From NCBI GenBank assembly GCA_963748815.1, contig CAVVKJ010000010.1, positions 352,001 through 416,000 of the forward strand: a DNA stretch of 64,000 nt. Direction: 5' to 3'. The translations under genes and the position numbers were made by a program. This stretch comes from an uncultured Gemmatimonadales bacterium. Its GTDB lineage: Bacteria; Gemmatimonadota; Gemmatimonadetes; Gemmatimonadales; GWC2-71-9. Below, piece by piece: positions 1 through 11,483 of this stretch (its first letter is position 1; the number at the start of each line of letters is the position of its first letter). A model generated the notes under the pieces. The model made no database searches. It had not been told where the DNA came from and saw only the letters and a list, made by a program, of their open reading frames with translations.

Positions 1-13
1 GGGGCGTGCCGGC

Positions 14-970
14 GTGAACTCGCCGCTTCCCGTCGGCGTGATCGGGGTCGGCGCGCTCGGCCGCCACCACGCCCGGCACCTCGCCACGCTCGAAGGCGTG
101 CGCCTCGTCGGCGTGTACGACGCCAACCCGGAGACCGCCGCGCGGGTCGCCGCAGAGGTCGGCGCCCCCGTCATCGCCGAAGTCGACGCCCTGCTGGGGC
201 TGGCAAAGGCGGTGTCCATCGCGGTGCCGACTTCCGTGCACGGCGAGGTCGGCCTCCGCGCGCTGGAGCGCGGCGTGTCGGTGCTGATGGAGAAGCCCCT
301 CGCCGCAACGCTGGCCGAGGCCGAGGCGCTGGTGGCCGCCGCCGAGGGCGCCGGCGTCGTCCTGCATGTCGGGCAGATCGAGCGGTACAACCGAGCGGTC
401 CGCGCCGCGTTGCCGGCGGTGGAGAACCCCCGGTACATCGAGATGGAGCGCATCGCGCCGTATTCGCCGCGGGGGACGGACGTCTCCGTGGTGCTCGACC
501 TCATGATCCACGATCTCGACCTGCTGCTGGCGCTCACCGGGTCGCCGGCCGTCACCGACGTCCGTGCCATCGGCTCGGCCGTCCTGTCGGCCCACCTCGA
601 CATGGTGAACGCCCGGCTCGAACTCCCCGGCGGGACGGTGGCGTCGATCACCGCCTCCCGGATCGGGCGCCACCGGGTGCGCCGGGTGCGAATCTACCAG
701 GACACGGGGTACCTGACGCTCGATCTTTCCACCGGACACGCCACCTTCCTGCGGGTCCGCCCGAGCTGGAAACGCGGGACCGGGACGAGCCTCGAGGAGG
801 TCGTCGAGGAAATCGTGCTCGAGGCGCCCGAGGGCGACGCGCTGCGGCTCGAGCTGACGGAATTTGTGCGAGCAGTGCGCCGGGAGCCGAATCGGGGAGT
901 GACGGGCGTGGAGGGCCGGGCAGCGCTCGACCTCGCGCTGCGCGTCGGCGCGGTGGTGCGCGCGACATGA
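14..970 (+). CDS. Gfo/Idh/MocA family NAD-dependent oxidoreductase, probably GnnA-like (UDP-GlcNAc 3-dehydrogenase)
   Basis: GVIGVGALG Rossmann motif, EKP motif, DLMIHD motif; ATGA overlap with lpxB. Confidence 0.8.
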   Translation: MNSPLPVGVIGVGALGRHHARHLATLEGVRLVGVYDANPETAARVAAEVGAPVIAEVDALLGLAKAVSIAVPTSVHGEVGLRALERGVSVLMEKPLAATLAEAEALVAAAEGAGVVLHVGQIERYNRAVRAALPAVENPRYIEMERIAPYSPRGTDVSVVLDLMIHDLDLLLALTGSPAVTDVRAIGSAVLSAHLDMVNARLELPGGTVASITASRIGRHRVRRVRIYQDTGYLTLDLSTGHATFLRVRPSWKRGTGTSLEEVVEEIVLEAPEGDALRLELTEFVRAVRREPNRGVTGVEGRAALDLALRVGAVVRAT

Positions 971-2085
971 CCGAACGCGCCCCCCGGATCCTGGTGTCCG
1001 CGGGGGAACCATCGGGGGACTTGCACGGTGCCGAGGTGGTGCGCGCACTTCGGGCGCGCTGGCCGTCGGCGACCATCGACGGGGTCGGCGGGCCGGACAT
1101 GGCGGCCGCGGGGGCCGAGCTCCTCTTTCCGATGGAGCGGCTCAGCGCGATGGGCGCGGTCGAGATCGTGCGCCGCATCCCCGCCCACGTCGAGCTGTAT
1201 CGGCGGCTCAAGTCCGACTTCGCCCGGCGGCGGTGGGACTTGTACCTGCCCATCGACTATCCGGGCTTTCATCTGCGCACCGCACCGGCGGCGCGGCGCG
1301 CCGGGGCCAAGGTCCTGTACTACATCCCGCCGCAGCTCTGGGCGTGGCGGCCTGGCCGGGCCCGCGCGCTGCAGGAAGCGGTCGACCGGCTCGCCGTGGT
1401 GCTGCCCTTCGAGCCGGCGTTCTTCGGCGGCCTGGGCCTGTCGGCGGACTATGTGGGTCATCCGCTGCTCGACCGTTCGCCGCCTCCGACGCGCGGGGCG
1501 GCCCGTGCGGCGCTCGGCATCGGGCCGGAGGCGCGGGTGCTGGCCCTTTTTCCCGGGAGCCGGGCGCAGGAGGTCCGCAGTCACTGGGGCACCTTCCTGG
1601 CGGTCGCCGATCGACTGCGGGCCGAGGGCCGATGCGACGTGGCGGTGGTCGCGGTGACGCCGGCGGGGAGCTATCCCGACCCGGGCGGCGCGCTGCTCCA
1701 TGCCGATGGCCGGACGGTGCTGGCGGCCGCGGACGCCTGCCTGGCCAAGTCGGGCACCACGACGCTCGAAGCGGCGCTGGCCGACGTCCCGATGGCGGTG
1801 GCCTACCGGATGCACCCGCTGACCTTTGCGGTGGCCCGGCGGCTGGTGACGGTGGAATGGGTCAGCCTCGTCAACCTCATCGCCGGGCGTGAAGTGGTGC
1901 CGGAGTTCCTGCAGGAGGCGATGAGCGTGCCGGCGCTGACCGCGACGCTGCGCGACCTCCTGACGCCCGACCATCCGGCGCGACTGGCCCAGCGTGCCGC
2001 GCTGGCTGAGGTGCGCGGGCGGCTCGGCACGCCGGGGGCGTCGGCGCGGGTGGCCGGGATGGCGGCGGAGTTGCTCGCCCGGTGA
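967..2085 (+). CDS. lpxB: Lipid-A-disaccharide synthase
   Basis: SAGEPSGDLHG, IDYPGF, YIPPQLWAWR, YVGHPL, PGSR, SGTTTLE, VPEFLQ motifs. Confidence 0.95.
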   Translation: MTERAPRILVSAGEPSGDLHGAEVVRALRARWPSATIDGVGGPDMAAAGAELLFPMERLSAMGAVEIVRRIPAHVELYRRLKSDFARRRWDLYLPIDYPGFHLRTAPAARRAGAKVLYYIPPQLWAWRPGRARALQEAVDRLAVVLPFEPAFFGGLGLSADYVGHPLLDRSPPPTRGAARAALGIGPEARVLALFPGSRAQEVRSHWGTFLAVADRLRAEGRCDVAVVAVTPAGSYPDPGGALLHADGRTVLAAADACLAKSGTTTLEAALADVPMAVAYRMHPLTFAVARRLVTVEWVSLVNLIAGREVVPEFLQEAMSVPALTATLRDLLTPDHPARLAQRAALAEVRGRLGTPGASARVAGMAAELLAR

Positions 2086-2741
2086 AGATCAAGGTGCCAC
2101 CGACGGTGGTCGACTGGATCGCGCGGCCGGTCGCGCGCGCGGTGGCGGCGACCTGGCGCTTCGAGCACGTGAACCGCGAGGCCTGGGACGGGCTCGTGGA
2201 GGGGCGGACCGGGTTTGCCTGCATGCTGTGGCACGAGACGCTGCTGCCGCTGCTCTGGCACCACCGCGACGCCAACGCGGTGATCGTGGTCAGCCAGGCC
2301 CGCGACGGGCAGTACCTCTCCGATTTCGCCGAATCGATCGGGTACCGGCTGGTGCGGGGGTCGAGCTCGCGGGGAGCGGTCGGCGCGCTGATCGCCGCCG
2401 CGAGGGAGCTTGAGCGGGGGACGATCGTGGCGTTGACGCCGGATGGCCCGCGCGGACCGCGCCGCGACATGAAGCCCGGTGTGCTGGCGGCGGCGCAACG
2501 CGCGGGGGTGCCGGTCCTCCCGGTCTTTGCCGAAGTCAGGTCGGCGTGGCGGCTAGATTCATGGGATCGATTCTGCATCCCGAAGCCGTTTGCGAAGGTG
2601 CGGGTGGCGTACGGCAGGCCGCTGCGGGTGGCGCCGGGGGCGGATCAGCTGGCGGCGGCGGTCGCGCAGGCGCGAGATTCCATGGACGAGGTCGAGAGGA
2701 TGGCGCAATGGCCCGACGGCACGGCGACACGCACCGGCTGA
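2082..2741 (+). CDS. DUF374 lysophospholipid acyltransferase family (LpxJ-like)
   Basis: WH..L, S.ARDG, RGSSSRG, TPDGPRGP, SWDRF.IPKPF motifs; lies between lpxB and lpxK. Confidence 0.8.
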   Translation: MKIKVPPTVVDWIARPVARAVAATWRFEHVNREAWDGLVEGRTGFACMLWHETLLPLLWHHRDANAVIVVSQARDGQYLSDFAESIGYRLVRGSSSRGAVGALIAAARELERGTIVALTPDGPRGPRRDMKPGVLAAAQRAGVPVLPVFAEVRSAWRLDSWDRFCIPKPFAKVRVAYGRPLRVAPGADQLAAAVAQARDSMDEVERMAQWPDGTATRTG

Positions 2742-3760
2742 TTCGCTGGCTCTGGACCAGCCGCCGGTTCGGTGCCCGGCTGGCCCGCGTCGGGCTGCTG
2801 CCGGCCGCTGGGCTCTGGCGCGCCGGCATGGGGTTGCGCGAGCTTTCCTTCCGGCGGGGCTGGCGCGCCACGCATGACTTGCCCCGGCCGTCGGTCGCCG
2901 TGGGCAATCTCACGGTCGGCGGCTCCGGCAAGACGCCCATCGCGACCTGGATCGCCCGGCACTATGCGGCGCAGGGACGCCGTCCCGGCATTCTCCTCCG
3001 CGGGTACGGCGCCGATGAAGTGCTGGTGCACCGCCACGACGTGCCGGAGGCCCTCGTGGTGGCCAACCCCGATCGCGTCGCGGGGGCGGCCCGGGCGGTG
3101 GCGGATGGCGCGGACGTACTGGTGCTCGACGACGCCTTTCAGCGGCTCGACGTGCGTCGCGACCTCAACGTCCTCGTGATGAGCGCGGAGACCACGCTGG
3201 CGGTGCGATGGCCCCTCCCGGCGGGCCCGTGGCGCGAAGGGTGGGAAGCAATGGAGCGGGCCGACTTCGTCGTCGTCACCCGGAAGCGCGCCACCGCGGA
3301 GGCTGCGGAGGCGCTGGAGCGGGACATCGTCCGCCGGGTGTCGGTGCCGGTCGCCCGGGTCCATCTCGGGCTGCACCACCTCGAGGGGATGCTGAGCGGC
3401 GTGACCCGGCCCGTCGAGTCCCTGCGGGGCGAGCGGGTGGTGGCGGCCACGGCCATCGCCGATCCCGACGCCTTCGTCGCGCAGGTCAAGGGGACCGGCG
3501 CGCAGGTCCAGGTTGCGACCTGGAAGGACCACTACGATTTTCGGGACGAGGACGTGGCGTGGATTGCCCGGGCCGCCCGCAAGGCGGACCACGTGGTCCT
3601 CACCGCCAAGGACGCGGTCAAGCTCCGGGACCGCTGGCCCGCCAGCGCGCCAGAGCCTCTTGTGGCGATATTGAATGTCAGGTTCGAATCCGGGGGCGAT
3701 GCCTTCGTGGCGGCGCTCGACGCCCTCGTGTCTCCCGTGAAGCGCCCGCAGTCCACTTGA
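2708..3760 (+). CDS. lpxK: Tetraacyldisaccharide 4'-kinase
   Basis: [41 protein letters not shown]; start moved to ATG 2708 inside ORF 2546..3760. Confidence 0.92.
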   Translation: MARRHGDTHRLIRWLWTSRRFGARLARVGLLPAAGLWRAGMGLRELSFRRGWRATHDLPRPSVAVGNLTVGGSGKTPIATWIARHYAAQGRRPGILLRGYGADEVLVHRHDVPEALVVANPDRVAGAARAVADGADVLVLDDAFQRLDVRRDLNVLVMSAETTLAVRWPLPAGPWREGWEAMERADFVVVTRKRATAEAAEALERDIVRRVSVPVARVHLGLHHLEGMLSGVTRPVESLRGERVVAATAIADPDAFVAQVKGTGAQVQVATWKDHYDFRDEDVAWIARAARKADHVVLTAKDAVKLRDRWPASAPEPLVAILNVRFESGGDAFVAALDALVSPVKRPQST

Positions 3761-3785
3761 TGGTCCGGTCCATCCGGAGAGGAAT

Positions 3786-5094
<1,309 letters not shown>

Positions 5095-5109
5095 GTCGGC
5101 GCGCCTCGC

Positions 5110-5574
5110 GTGGAGCTTTGGCTGCTGGCCGTGGGCAAATTGCGTCCGTCCTACCGCGAGGCCTGTGACGACTACCTGCGTCGCCTGGGGCGGCGTGCGA
5201 AGGTGCAGGAGGTGGAAGTGCGCGAAGCGGCCCGGGCTCCAACCCGGGCCGTTCAGCAATCCGAGGAGGCCACCCGCCTCCGCGCGCGGATCCCGCCACG
5301 GGCCCGGGTCGTGGCGCTCGCGCGCGAGGGCAGCGGCTGGACCAGCGCCGAGCTGGCGCAACGCCTCGGGAGGTGGGAAACCGAGGCGCGGCCGCTCGCG
5401 TTCCTCATCGGGGGGTCGACCGGGCTGGACTCCGGCCTCGTGGCAGGCACGGACCACCGCTGGAGCCTCGGCCCGCTCACCCTGCCGCACGAGCTCGCCC
5501 GCGTGGTGGTTGTTGAGCAACTCTACCGCGCCGGGACGATTCTTCGGGGCGAACCGTATCACAAGGGGAGGTAG
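5110..5574 (+). CDS. rlmH: 23S rRNA (pseudouridine1915-N3)-methyltransferase
   Basis: AVGK N-terminus, [32 protein letters not shown]. Confidence 0.95.
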   Translation: MELWLLAVGKLRPSYREACDDYLRRLGRRAKVQEVEVREAARAPTRAVQQSEEATRLRARIPPRARVVALAREGSGWTSAELAQRLGRWETEARPLAFLIGGSTGLDSGLVAGTDHRWSLGPLTLPHELARVVVVEQLYRAGTILRGEPYHKGR

Positions 5575-5576
5575 GG

Positions 5577-6293
5577 CTGGCTGAGTGGTTTGAGGACTGG
5601 TTCAACGACGATTATCTGGCGCTCTATCCGCATCGGGACGAGGCGGAGGCGGTTCGCGCCGTGGCGTTGTTGACACGCGTCCTTCCGTGGCAGGCGGGCT
5701 GGCGGGTGCTGGACGTCGGGTGCGGCGCCGGCCGCCATGCGCGGGCGATCGAGGCGGCTGGCGCGCGCCCGGTCGGCCTCGACCTGTCCGCGGACCTGTT
5801 GCGCTGCGCACGCGCCACGGGGATCCCGCTGGTGCGCGCCGACATGCGCCGGCTGCCGGTCCGTCGCGGGTCGATGGACCTCGTCGTCAATCTCTTTACC
5901 AGCTTCGGGTACTTCGAGCACGACGCCGAGCACGCGGGCGTCATCCGCGGCATCGCCGACACGCTTGCCTCCGGCGGGTGGTTCGCGCTCGACTTCCTGA
6001 ACGCGGACACCGTGCGCACGGGCTTGGTCGCCGAGGAAGTCCAGCAGCTCGGCATCGGTCCCGTCCGGATCACGCGCGAGCTTCGCGACGAGGGCCGCCG
6101 AGTGGTCAAGACGATTCGTATCCCTGATGGGCGGACGTTCATCGAGCGCGTCCGGCTCTTCCAGGCCGACGAGCTCGAGCGCATGCTGGCCGACGCCGGG
6201 CTGTCGGTGCAGTTCCGTTTCGGCGACTACGCCGGCGGCCCGCTGCACGCCGGCGCGCCGCGCACCATCCTGCTTTCCCGACTGGCCTCCTGA
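5577..6293 (+). CDS. Class I SAM-dependent methyltransferase (candidate N-methyl-bacillithiol methyltransferase); apparent CTG start
   Basis: VLDVGCGAGRH, GLDLS, ADMR, NLFTSFGYF; the frame extends upstream of track ORF 5661 to (L)AEWFEDWFNDDYLALYPHRD behind an AAGGGGAGG SD. Confidence 0.85.
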   Translation: MAEWFEDWFNDDYLALYPHRDEAEAVRAVALLTRVLPWQAGWRVLDVGCGAGRHARAIEAAGARPVGLDLSADLLRCARATGIPLVRADMRRLPVRRGSMDLVVNLFTSFGYFEHDAEHAGVIRGIADTLASGGWFALDFLNADTVRTGLVAEEVQQLGIGPVRITRELRDEGRRVVKTIRIPDGRTFIERVRLFQADELERMLADAGLSVQFRFGDYAGGPLHAGAPRTILLSRLAS

Positions 6294-7816
6294 TGCGAAT
6301 TCACCCCACGCCCTTCGCGATGCCCACCGCCTGGCCCGCCCCGATCGCCGGCGGGTTCGACCCGTCGTTGCTCCCGGCGCTGATCGGGGGCCCGGGGCTC
6401 GAGTCGCTCCGCGCGCGGCTCGCCGAACCGGGGGTGCTGGTCGTCACCACCGGCCAGCAGCCGGCGCTCTTCACCGGCCCGCTCTACGCCGTGCACAAGG
6501 CGCTGTCGGCCGCCGCGCTCGCGCGCGTGCTCTCGCATCGGTGGGGGCGGCCCGTCGTGCCCCTCTTCTGGGTGGCGAACGACGACCACGACTTTGCCGA
6601 AGCCAACCACGCGGCCTGGCTCCGGCAGGACGGGTCGCTTCACGTCGAGACGCTCCCTGACCGCCCTTCCGGGGCCGCGCTGCGGCCGATGGCCCGGGAA
6701 CCGCTTGGCGCCGGGGTCACCGACGCCCTCGAGTCGCTTGCCGGCGACCTCGCCCCCCTGGACGGCGGCGAGGAGGTCCTGCAGTGGTTGCGCGCGCATT
6801 TCCGTCCGGCGGCGACCGTGGGAAACGCCAGCGGGGCGGCGCTCGCCGAATTGCTGGCGCCCCTGGGCGTGCTCTGCCTCGATGGCTCCCACGCGGCGCT
6901 GAAGGCCCGGGGCGCCCTGATCGTTCGCCGCGCCCTCGAGGATGCCGCCGGGCTGGAAGCGGCGCTGGTGCGCCGCGCGGGGGCGCTCGCTGCCGAAGGC
7001 CGGGACCCCGGTGTCGTGGTCGGCGACGGCGCCACCCTCGTCATGCTCGAAGGGACGGAAGGCCGTGATCGGCTGGTGCGGGACGGGGCGGGGTTCGCCA
7101 CGCGACACGGTGGCGAACGATTCACCCTCGCCGAACTGCTGGAGCTCCTCGATCGCGACCCGGCGCGATTCTCGGGCAACGTGCTGCTCCGGCCCATCAT
7201 CGAGCGGGCCGTGCTGCCCACCGTGGCCTACGTGGCCGGTCCCGGGGAGCTCCGTTATCTGGCCCTGGCCGAAGCGGCCTACGCGCACCTGAACGCCGAG
7301 CGGCAGCTCCCGGTCCCGCGCTGGTCGGGGCTGCTCGTCGAACCGAGAGTCGATCGGGTGCTGGGCAAGTTCGGAGCGTCGCTCGATGAGCTGCTCGCCC
7401 CCGATGCCCGCCTCGAGGCCCGCGTCGCGCGGGAGCACCTGCCGGGGGAGGCCGCTGCGGCGCTCGGCGCGCTGCGCGCGGGCATCGAGGCGCAATACGG
7501 CATTCTCGCGTCCGTCGCCATCGACGTCGATCCGACGCTCGACCGGCCGATCCAGGGGCTGAAGGGGAGGGCGCTGCAGGGGGCCGACAAGGCGGAGAAG
7601 AAGCTGATTCAGCACCTCAAGCGCCGACACCAGACGGAGACCGACCAGATCGGGCGGGCCCGGACGGCGGTCCAGCCGGGCGGGCGTCCGCAGGAGCGGG
7701 TCGTCACGGTGGCGCCGTACCTCGCCCGCTACGGACACGGCATCCTGCAGGGGCTGCTCGACGAAATGGTTGCCTGGTACGGCTCCGCCCTTGAAGGCGG
7801 GGCGCCTCCCTCGTAA
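6293..7816 (+). CDS. bshC: Bacillithiol biosynthesis cysteine-adding enzyme
   Basis: TGQQPALFTGPLY..HK, FWVANDDHDFAE, FSGNVLLRP, YVAGPGELRY, PQER motifs. Confidence 0.9.
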   Translation: MRIHPTPFAMPTAWPAPIAGGFDPSLLPALIGGPGLESLRARLAEPGVLVVTTGQQPALFTGPLYAVHKALSAAALARVLSHRWGRPVVPLFWVANDDHDFAEANHAAWLRQDGSLHVETLPDRPSGAALRPMAREPLGAGVTDALESLAGDLAPLDGGEEVLQWLRAHFRPAATVGNASGAALAELLAPLGVLCLDGSHAALKARGALIVRRALEDAAGLEAALVRRAGALAAEGRDPGVVVGDGATLVMLEGTEGRDRLVRDGAGFATRHGGERFTLAELLELLDRDPARFSGNVLLRPIIERAVLPTVAYVAGPGELRYLALAEAAYAHLNAERQLPVPRWSGLLVEPRVDRVLGKFGASLDELLAPDARLEARVAREHLPGEAAAALGALRAGIEAQYGILASVAIDVDPTLDRPIQGLKGRALQGADKAEKKLIQHLKRRHQTETDQIGRARTAVQPGGRPQERVVTVAPYLARYGHGILQGLLDEMVAWYGSALEGGAPPS

Positions 7817-7819
7817 GAT
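7791..7819 (+). promoter_or_regulatory. Putative sigma70 promoter of a leaderless transcript
   Basis: TTGAAG-17 nt-TAAGAT, then 6 nt to ATG 7826. Confidence 0.5.
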
Positions 7820-7825
7820 CGTTGC

Positions 7826-8110
7826 ATGGTAATGCTCATTGGACTGGTCCTGCTGGTGGCGCTGATGCTCCCGATCCTGAGCATCGTCCTCGACTCACCC
7901 TTTGGGCGCGCCCTTGCCCGCAAGGTGGACGGGCCGGAGGTGGCGCCGCCGCCCGTCGCCGACCTGGCCAAGCGGGTGGAACTCCTCGAGAGTGAATTCG
8001 ACGACCTCACCCGAGCGGTCGAGGGGCTGAAGGACGAGAACGCCTTCCTGCAGCGCCTGATCGAGGACGCCCCGGCGCGGCCCGCCCTGCCGCCGCGCAG
8101 TTCCCCCTGA
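7826..8110 (+). CDS. Small membrane protein with coiled coil
   Basis: Hydrophobic N-terminus, then heptad pattern LAKRVELLESEFDDLTRAVEGLKDEN. Confidence 0.75.
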   Translation: MVMLIGLVLLVALMLPILSIVLDSPFGRALARKVDGPEVAPPPVADLAKRVELLESEFDDLTRAVEGLKDENAFLQRLIEDAPARPALPPRSSP

Positions 8111-8118
8111 GCGTCCCG

Positions 8119-9663
8119 ATGTCCCGCCGGCCCGCGGCCATGGTCGCGGCGGGGATCTTCCTCAGCCGAATCCTCGGGTTGGTCCGGCAGCGCGCCCTGG
8201 CCCACTTCCTCGGCAATTCAGGCGTCGCGGATGCCTTCACCGCCGCGTTCCGCATCCCCAACCTCCTCCAGAATCTCTTCGGCGAAGGGGCGCTCTCGGC
8301 GTCCTTCATCCCGGTGTACGCGGGGCTGCTCGCCGACAAGGACCGGGCCGAGGCCGATCGGGTTGCCGGCGCGGTCGGGGCGCTGCTCGCCGTCGTCGTG
8401 TCGGTCATCGTGGTGCTTGGGGTTCTCGCCGCCCCGTTCCTGGTCACTGTCATCGCCCCGGGCTTTGCCGGGGAGAAGCGCGACCTGACGATTCGGCTGG
8501 TCCGCGTGCTCTTCCCGGGCGCCGGGCTCCTGGTGTTTTCCGCCTGGTGCCTCGGCATCCTGAACAGCCACCGCCGGTTCTTTCTCAGCTACGCCGCGCC
8601 GGTGGCCTGGAACCTCGCCATCATCGGAACGCTCCTCGTACTCGGGCCCCGGCGGGCAATGGCCGACCTCGCCGTCGCCGCCGCCTGGGCGAGCGTCGCC
8701 GGCAGCCTCCTCCAGGTTCTCGTCCAATGGCCGACCGTCCGGCGCGTCGCCCCCGACCTGCGTTTCCGGCTTGTCACCACGACGGCGCATGTGCGGACGG
8801 TGATCGCCAACTTCGTCCCGGCGTTCGTCGGTCGCGGCGTCGTGCAGGTGAGCGCCTTCATCGACTCGCTCCTGGCCACGCTCCTCCCGACCGGCGCCGT
8901 GGCCGCCATCGGGTACGCGCAGACGATCTACCTGATGCCGGTGAGCCTCTTCGGGATGGCCATCTCCGCCGCCGAATTGCCCGCGATGTCCGGCGCGCGC
9001 GGGAGCACCGAGGAAGTCGGCGCCTACCTCCGCGCGCGACTCGACGGCGGATTGCGACGCGTGGCCTTTCTCGTGGTCCCCTCCTCGATGGCCTTCCTGG
9101 CGCTGGGGCACGTGATCGTGAGCGCGCTGTACCAGACCGGTGAGTTCGGGCGGCGGGACTCCCTGTATGTCTGGGGCATCCTGGCGGGATCGGCTGTCGG
9201 GCTGCTCGCCTCGACGATGGGCCGGCTGTACGCCTCGGCGTTCTACGCCCTCCGCGACACGCGGACGCCGCTGCGATTTGCCGTCGTGCGCGTGCTGCTC
9301 ACCGCCGCCTTCGGCTGGTTCGCCGCGCTCCGCCTTCCGGGGCTGCTGGTGATCGGGCCGGAGTGGGGAGCCGCCGGGTTGACCATGTCGGCAGGCGTCG
9401 CGGGATGGGTGGAGTTCGTGCTCCTGCGGCGGGGCCTCGGCGCCCGAATCGGCGCGACGGGCCTCCCCGCCGGCCTCCTCCCGCGGCTCTGGCTGGCCGC
9501 GGCGCTCGGCGCCGGCGCGGGATGGATGGCCCTCCGGTTCCTTGGGGCGTGGCACCCGGTGCCGGCTGCAGTGGTCATCCTTGGCGGCTACGGGGTCACG
9601 TACCTGCTCGCGGCCCGCCTGTTCGGCGTGCAGGAGGCGCGTGACCTGCTGGTGCGTCGATGA
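8119..9663 (+). CDS. murJ: Lipid II flippase MurJ
   Basis: SRILGLVR, ADAF..AFRIPN..NLFGEGAL..SFIPVY, FYALRDTRTP; polytopic membrane protein. Confidence 0.95.
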   Translation: MSRRPAAMVAAGIFLSRILGLVRQRALAHFLGNSGVADAFTAAFRIPNLLQNLFGEGALSASFIPVYAGLLADKDRAEADRVAGAVGALLAVVVSVIVVLGVLAAPFLVTVIAPGFAGEKRDLTIRLVRVLFPGAGLLVFSAWCLGILNSHRRFFLSYAAPVAWNLAIIGTLLVLGPRRAMADLAVAAAWASVAGSLLQVLVQWPTVRRVAPDLRFRLVTTTAHVRTVIANFVPAFVGRGVVQVSAFIDSLLATLLPTGAVAAIGYAQTIYLMPVSLFGMAISAAELPAMSGARGSTEEVGAYLRARLDGGLRRVAFLVVPSSMAFLALGHVIVSALYQTGEFGRRDSLYVWGILAGSAVGLLASTMGRLYASAFYALRDTRTPLRFAVVRVLLTAAFGWFAALRLPGLLVIGPEWGAAGLTMSAGVAGWVEFVLLRRGLGARIGATGLPAGLLPRLWLAAALGAGAGWMALRFLGAWHPVPAAVVILGGYGVTYLLAARLFGVQEARDLLVRR

Positions 9664-11483
9664 CCGACCCGCTCACCCCCTCGGTCGCCCTCGCGCGCAA
9701 GCTCGACACGCTGCCCGACGGGCCGGGTGTGTATCTCTGGAAGGACGCCGAGGGAACAGTCATCTACGTCGGGAAGGCGAAGCGACTGCGCGGCCGGGTG
9801 CGGAGCTACTTTCTCGGCGACCACGCGGAAAACCCCAAGTCACGGCTGCTGGTGCGGCACATCGCCGACGTGGAGACGATCGTCGTCCCCGACGAGGTGC
9901 AGTCGCTGCTGCTCGAAAACAACCTGATCAAGACCTACCAGCCCCGCTTCAACGTCCGCCTCAAGGACGACAAGAGCTACCCCTCGATCGCCGTGACCGT
10001 CAAGGAGCCGTTCCCCCGCGTCCTCGTCACGCGGCGGATGGACATTCCCGGGGCCCGCTACTTCGGGCCCTACACCGACGTGACGCTGATGCGGCGGTCG
10101 CTCGCGCTCATCCGCCGGATGTTCACCGTTCGGAGCTGCAGCGACGACCTCCCGCGGGAGCGCCGCGAACGCCCCTGCCTCGATTACCACATTGGCCGAT
10201 GCCGGGCCCCCTGCGTCGGGTGGCAGCCCGAAGCCTCCTATCGCGCCATGATCGAAGAAGTCCTCGATTTCCTCGGCGGGCGCACCGTCGACGTGCGCTC
10301 GAAGGTGCGCGACCTCATGACCGCCGCGAGCGACCGGCAGGATTATGAGCGCGCCCGCGAACTCCGCGACACCCTCAAGTGGCTCGACCGGGCGGACACG
10401 CCGGCCGCGGTGGAGGTCACCGGGACCGGCGACGCCGACGTGATCGGGTATGCGCGCGACGGCGACGACGCGGTCGGTGTGCTGATGCGGATTCGCGAGG
10501 GCCGCCTGATCGGCCGGGAGCATCGGGTGCTCGAGAACGTCGACGAGGTGGCCGACTCCACGGTGCTCGGAGCCCTCCTCGTGCGCTACTACCTGCCGAC
10601 GGAGGGAAGGGCCGACCGGCTGGTGCTGCCGCTCCCTCCCGCCGACCTCGCCGAGCTGGAATCGCTGCTCCCGGGCGTGCAGGTGTTCGTGCCGCAACGG
10701 GGCACCGCCGCCCGCTGGCTGGAGCTGGCCGACCAGAACGCCCGCCATCTCCTGGAAAGCCTGCGGATCGAGTCGTTCGAAACCGACGAGCGGGCGGAAG
10801 ATCCGGTGTATGCGCTCGGTCGCGACCTCGGGCTGAGCGTGGTGCCGAGGAGCCTGATCTGCGTGGACATCTCGACCAACCAGGGCAGAGATACCGTCGG
10901 CTCCCTGGTCTGGTTCGAGGCGGGACGGCCGAAGAAGGCGGAGTACCGCAAGTTCAAGATCCAGGGGGTCGGGCAGCAGGACGACTTCGCCGCGATCCAC
11001 GAAGTCGTGACACGATACCTCACCCGTCGGCGCGAGGAAGGGAAGGCGCTGCCGGACCTCGTGGTGATCGACGGGGGGAAGGGACAGCTCAACGCCGCGC
11101 GCGCCGCGGCCGACGCCGCCGGGTTCGAGACGCTTCCGATCGCCTCGCTCGCCAAGCGCGAGGAGGAGGTCTTCCTGGTGGGCCGCGCCGACGCCATCCG
11201 GCTTCCGAGGCGGGCGCCCTCCCTCCGCCTGCTGCAGCGCGCACGCGACGAGGCGCACCGCTTCGGCGTGGCGTACAGTCGCAAGCGGCGAAACCAGCGG
11301 ACCATCACGTCGGAATTGCTCGATATTCCTGGCGTCGGGCCGCTCAAGCGGACCCGGCTGCTGGAACGATTTGGAAGCCTGGCCGCGGTGAAGACCGCGA
11401 GCGTCGCAGAGCTCGCCGCCGTGCCTGGATTTTCCACCACTCTTGCCGAACGGGTGCTCGCCACCCTGGGATCCCGCCCATGA
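9660..11483 (+). CDS. uvrC: Excinuclease ABC subunit C
   Basis: GIY-YIG PGVY..IYVGKAK, FNVRLKDDKSYP, DLVVIDGGKGQL, RDEAHRF, HhH IPGVG. Confidence 0.97.
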   Translation: MTDPLTPSVALARKLDTLPDGPGVYLWKDAEGTVIYVGKAKRLRGRVRSYFLGDHAENPKSRLLVRHIADVETIVVPDEVQSLLLENNLIKTYQPRFNVRLKDDKSYPSIAVTVKEPFPRVLVTRRMDIPGARYFGPYTDVTLMRRSLALIRRMFTVRSCSDDLPRERRERPCLDYHIGRCRAPCVGWQPEASYRAMIEEVLDFLGGRTVDVRSKVRDLMTAASDRQDYERARELRDTLKWLDRADTPAAVEVTGTGDADVIGYARDGDDAVGVLMRIREGRLIGREHRVLENVDEVADSTVLGALLVRYYLPTEGRADRLVLPLPPADLAELESLLPGVQVFVPQRGTAARWLELADQNARHLLESLRIESFETDERAEDPVYALGRDLGLSVVPRSLICVDISTNQGRDTVGSLVWFEAGRPKKAEYRKFKIQGVGQQDDFAAIHEVVTRYLTRRREEGKALPDLVVIDGGKGQLNAARAAADAAGFETLPIASLAKREEEVFLVGRADAIRLPRRAPSLRLLQRARDEAHRFGVAYSRKRRNQRTITSELLDIPGVGPLKRTRLLERFGSLAAVKTASVAELAAVPGFSTTLAERVLATLGSRP

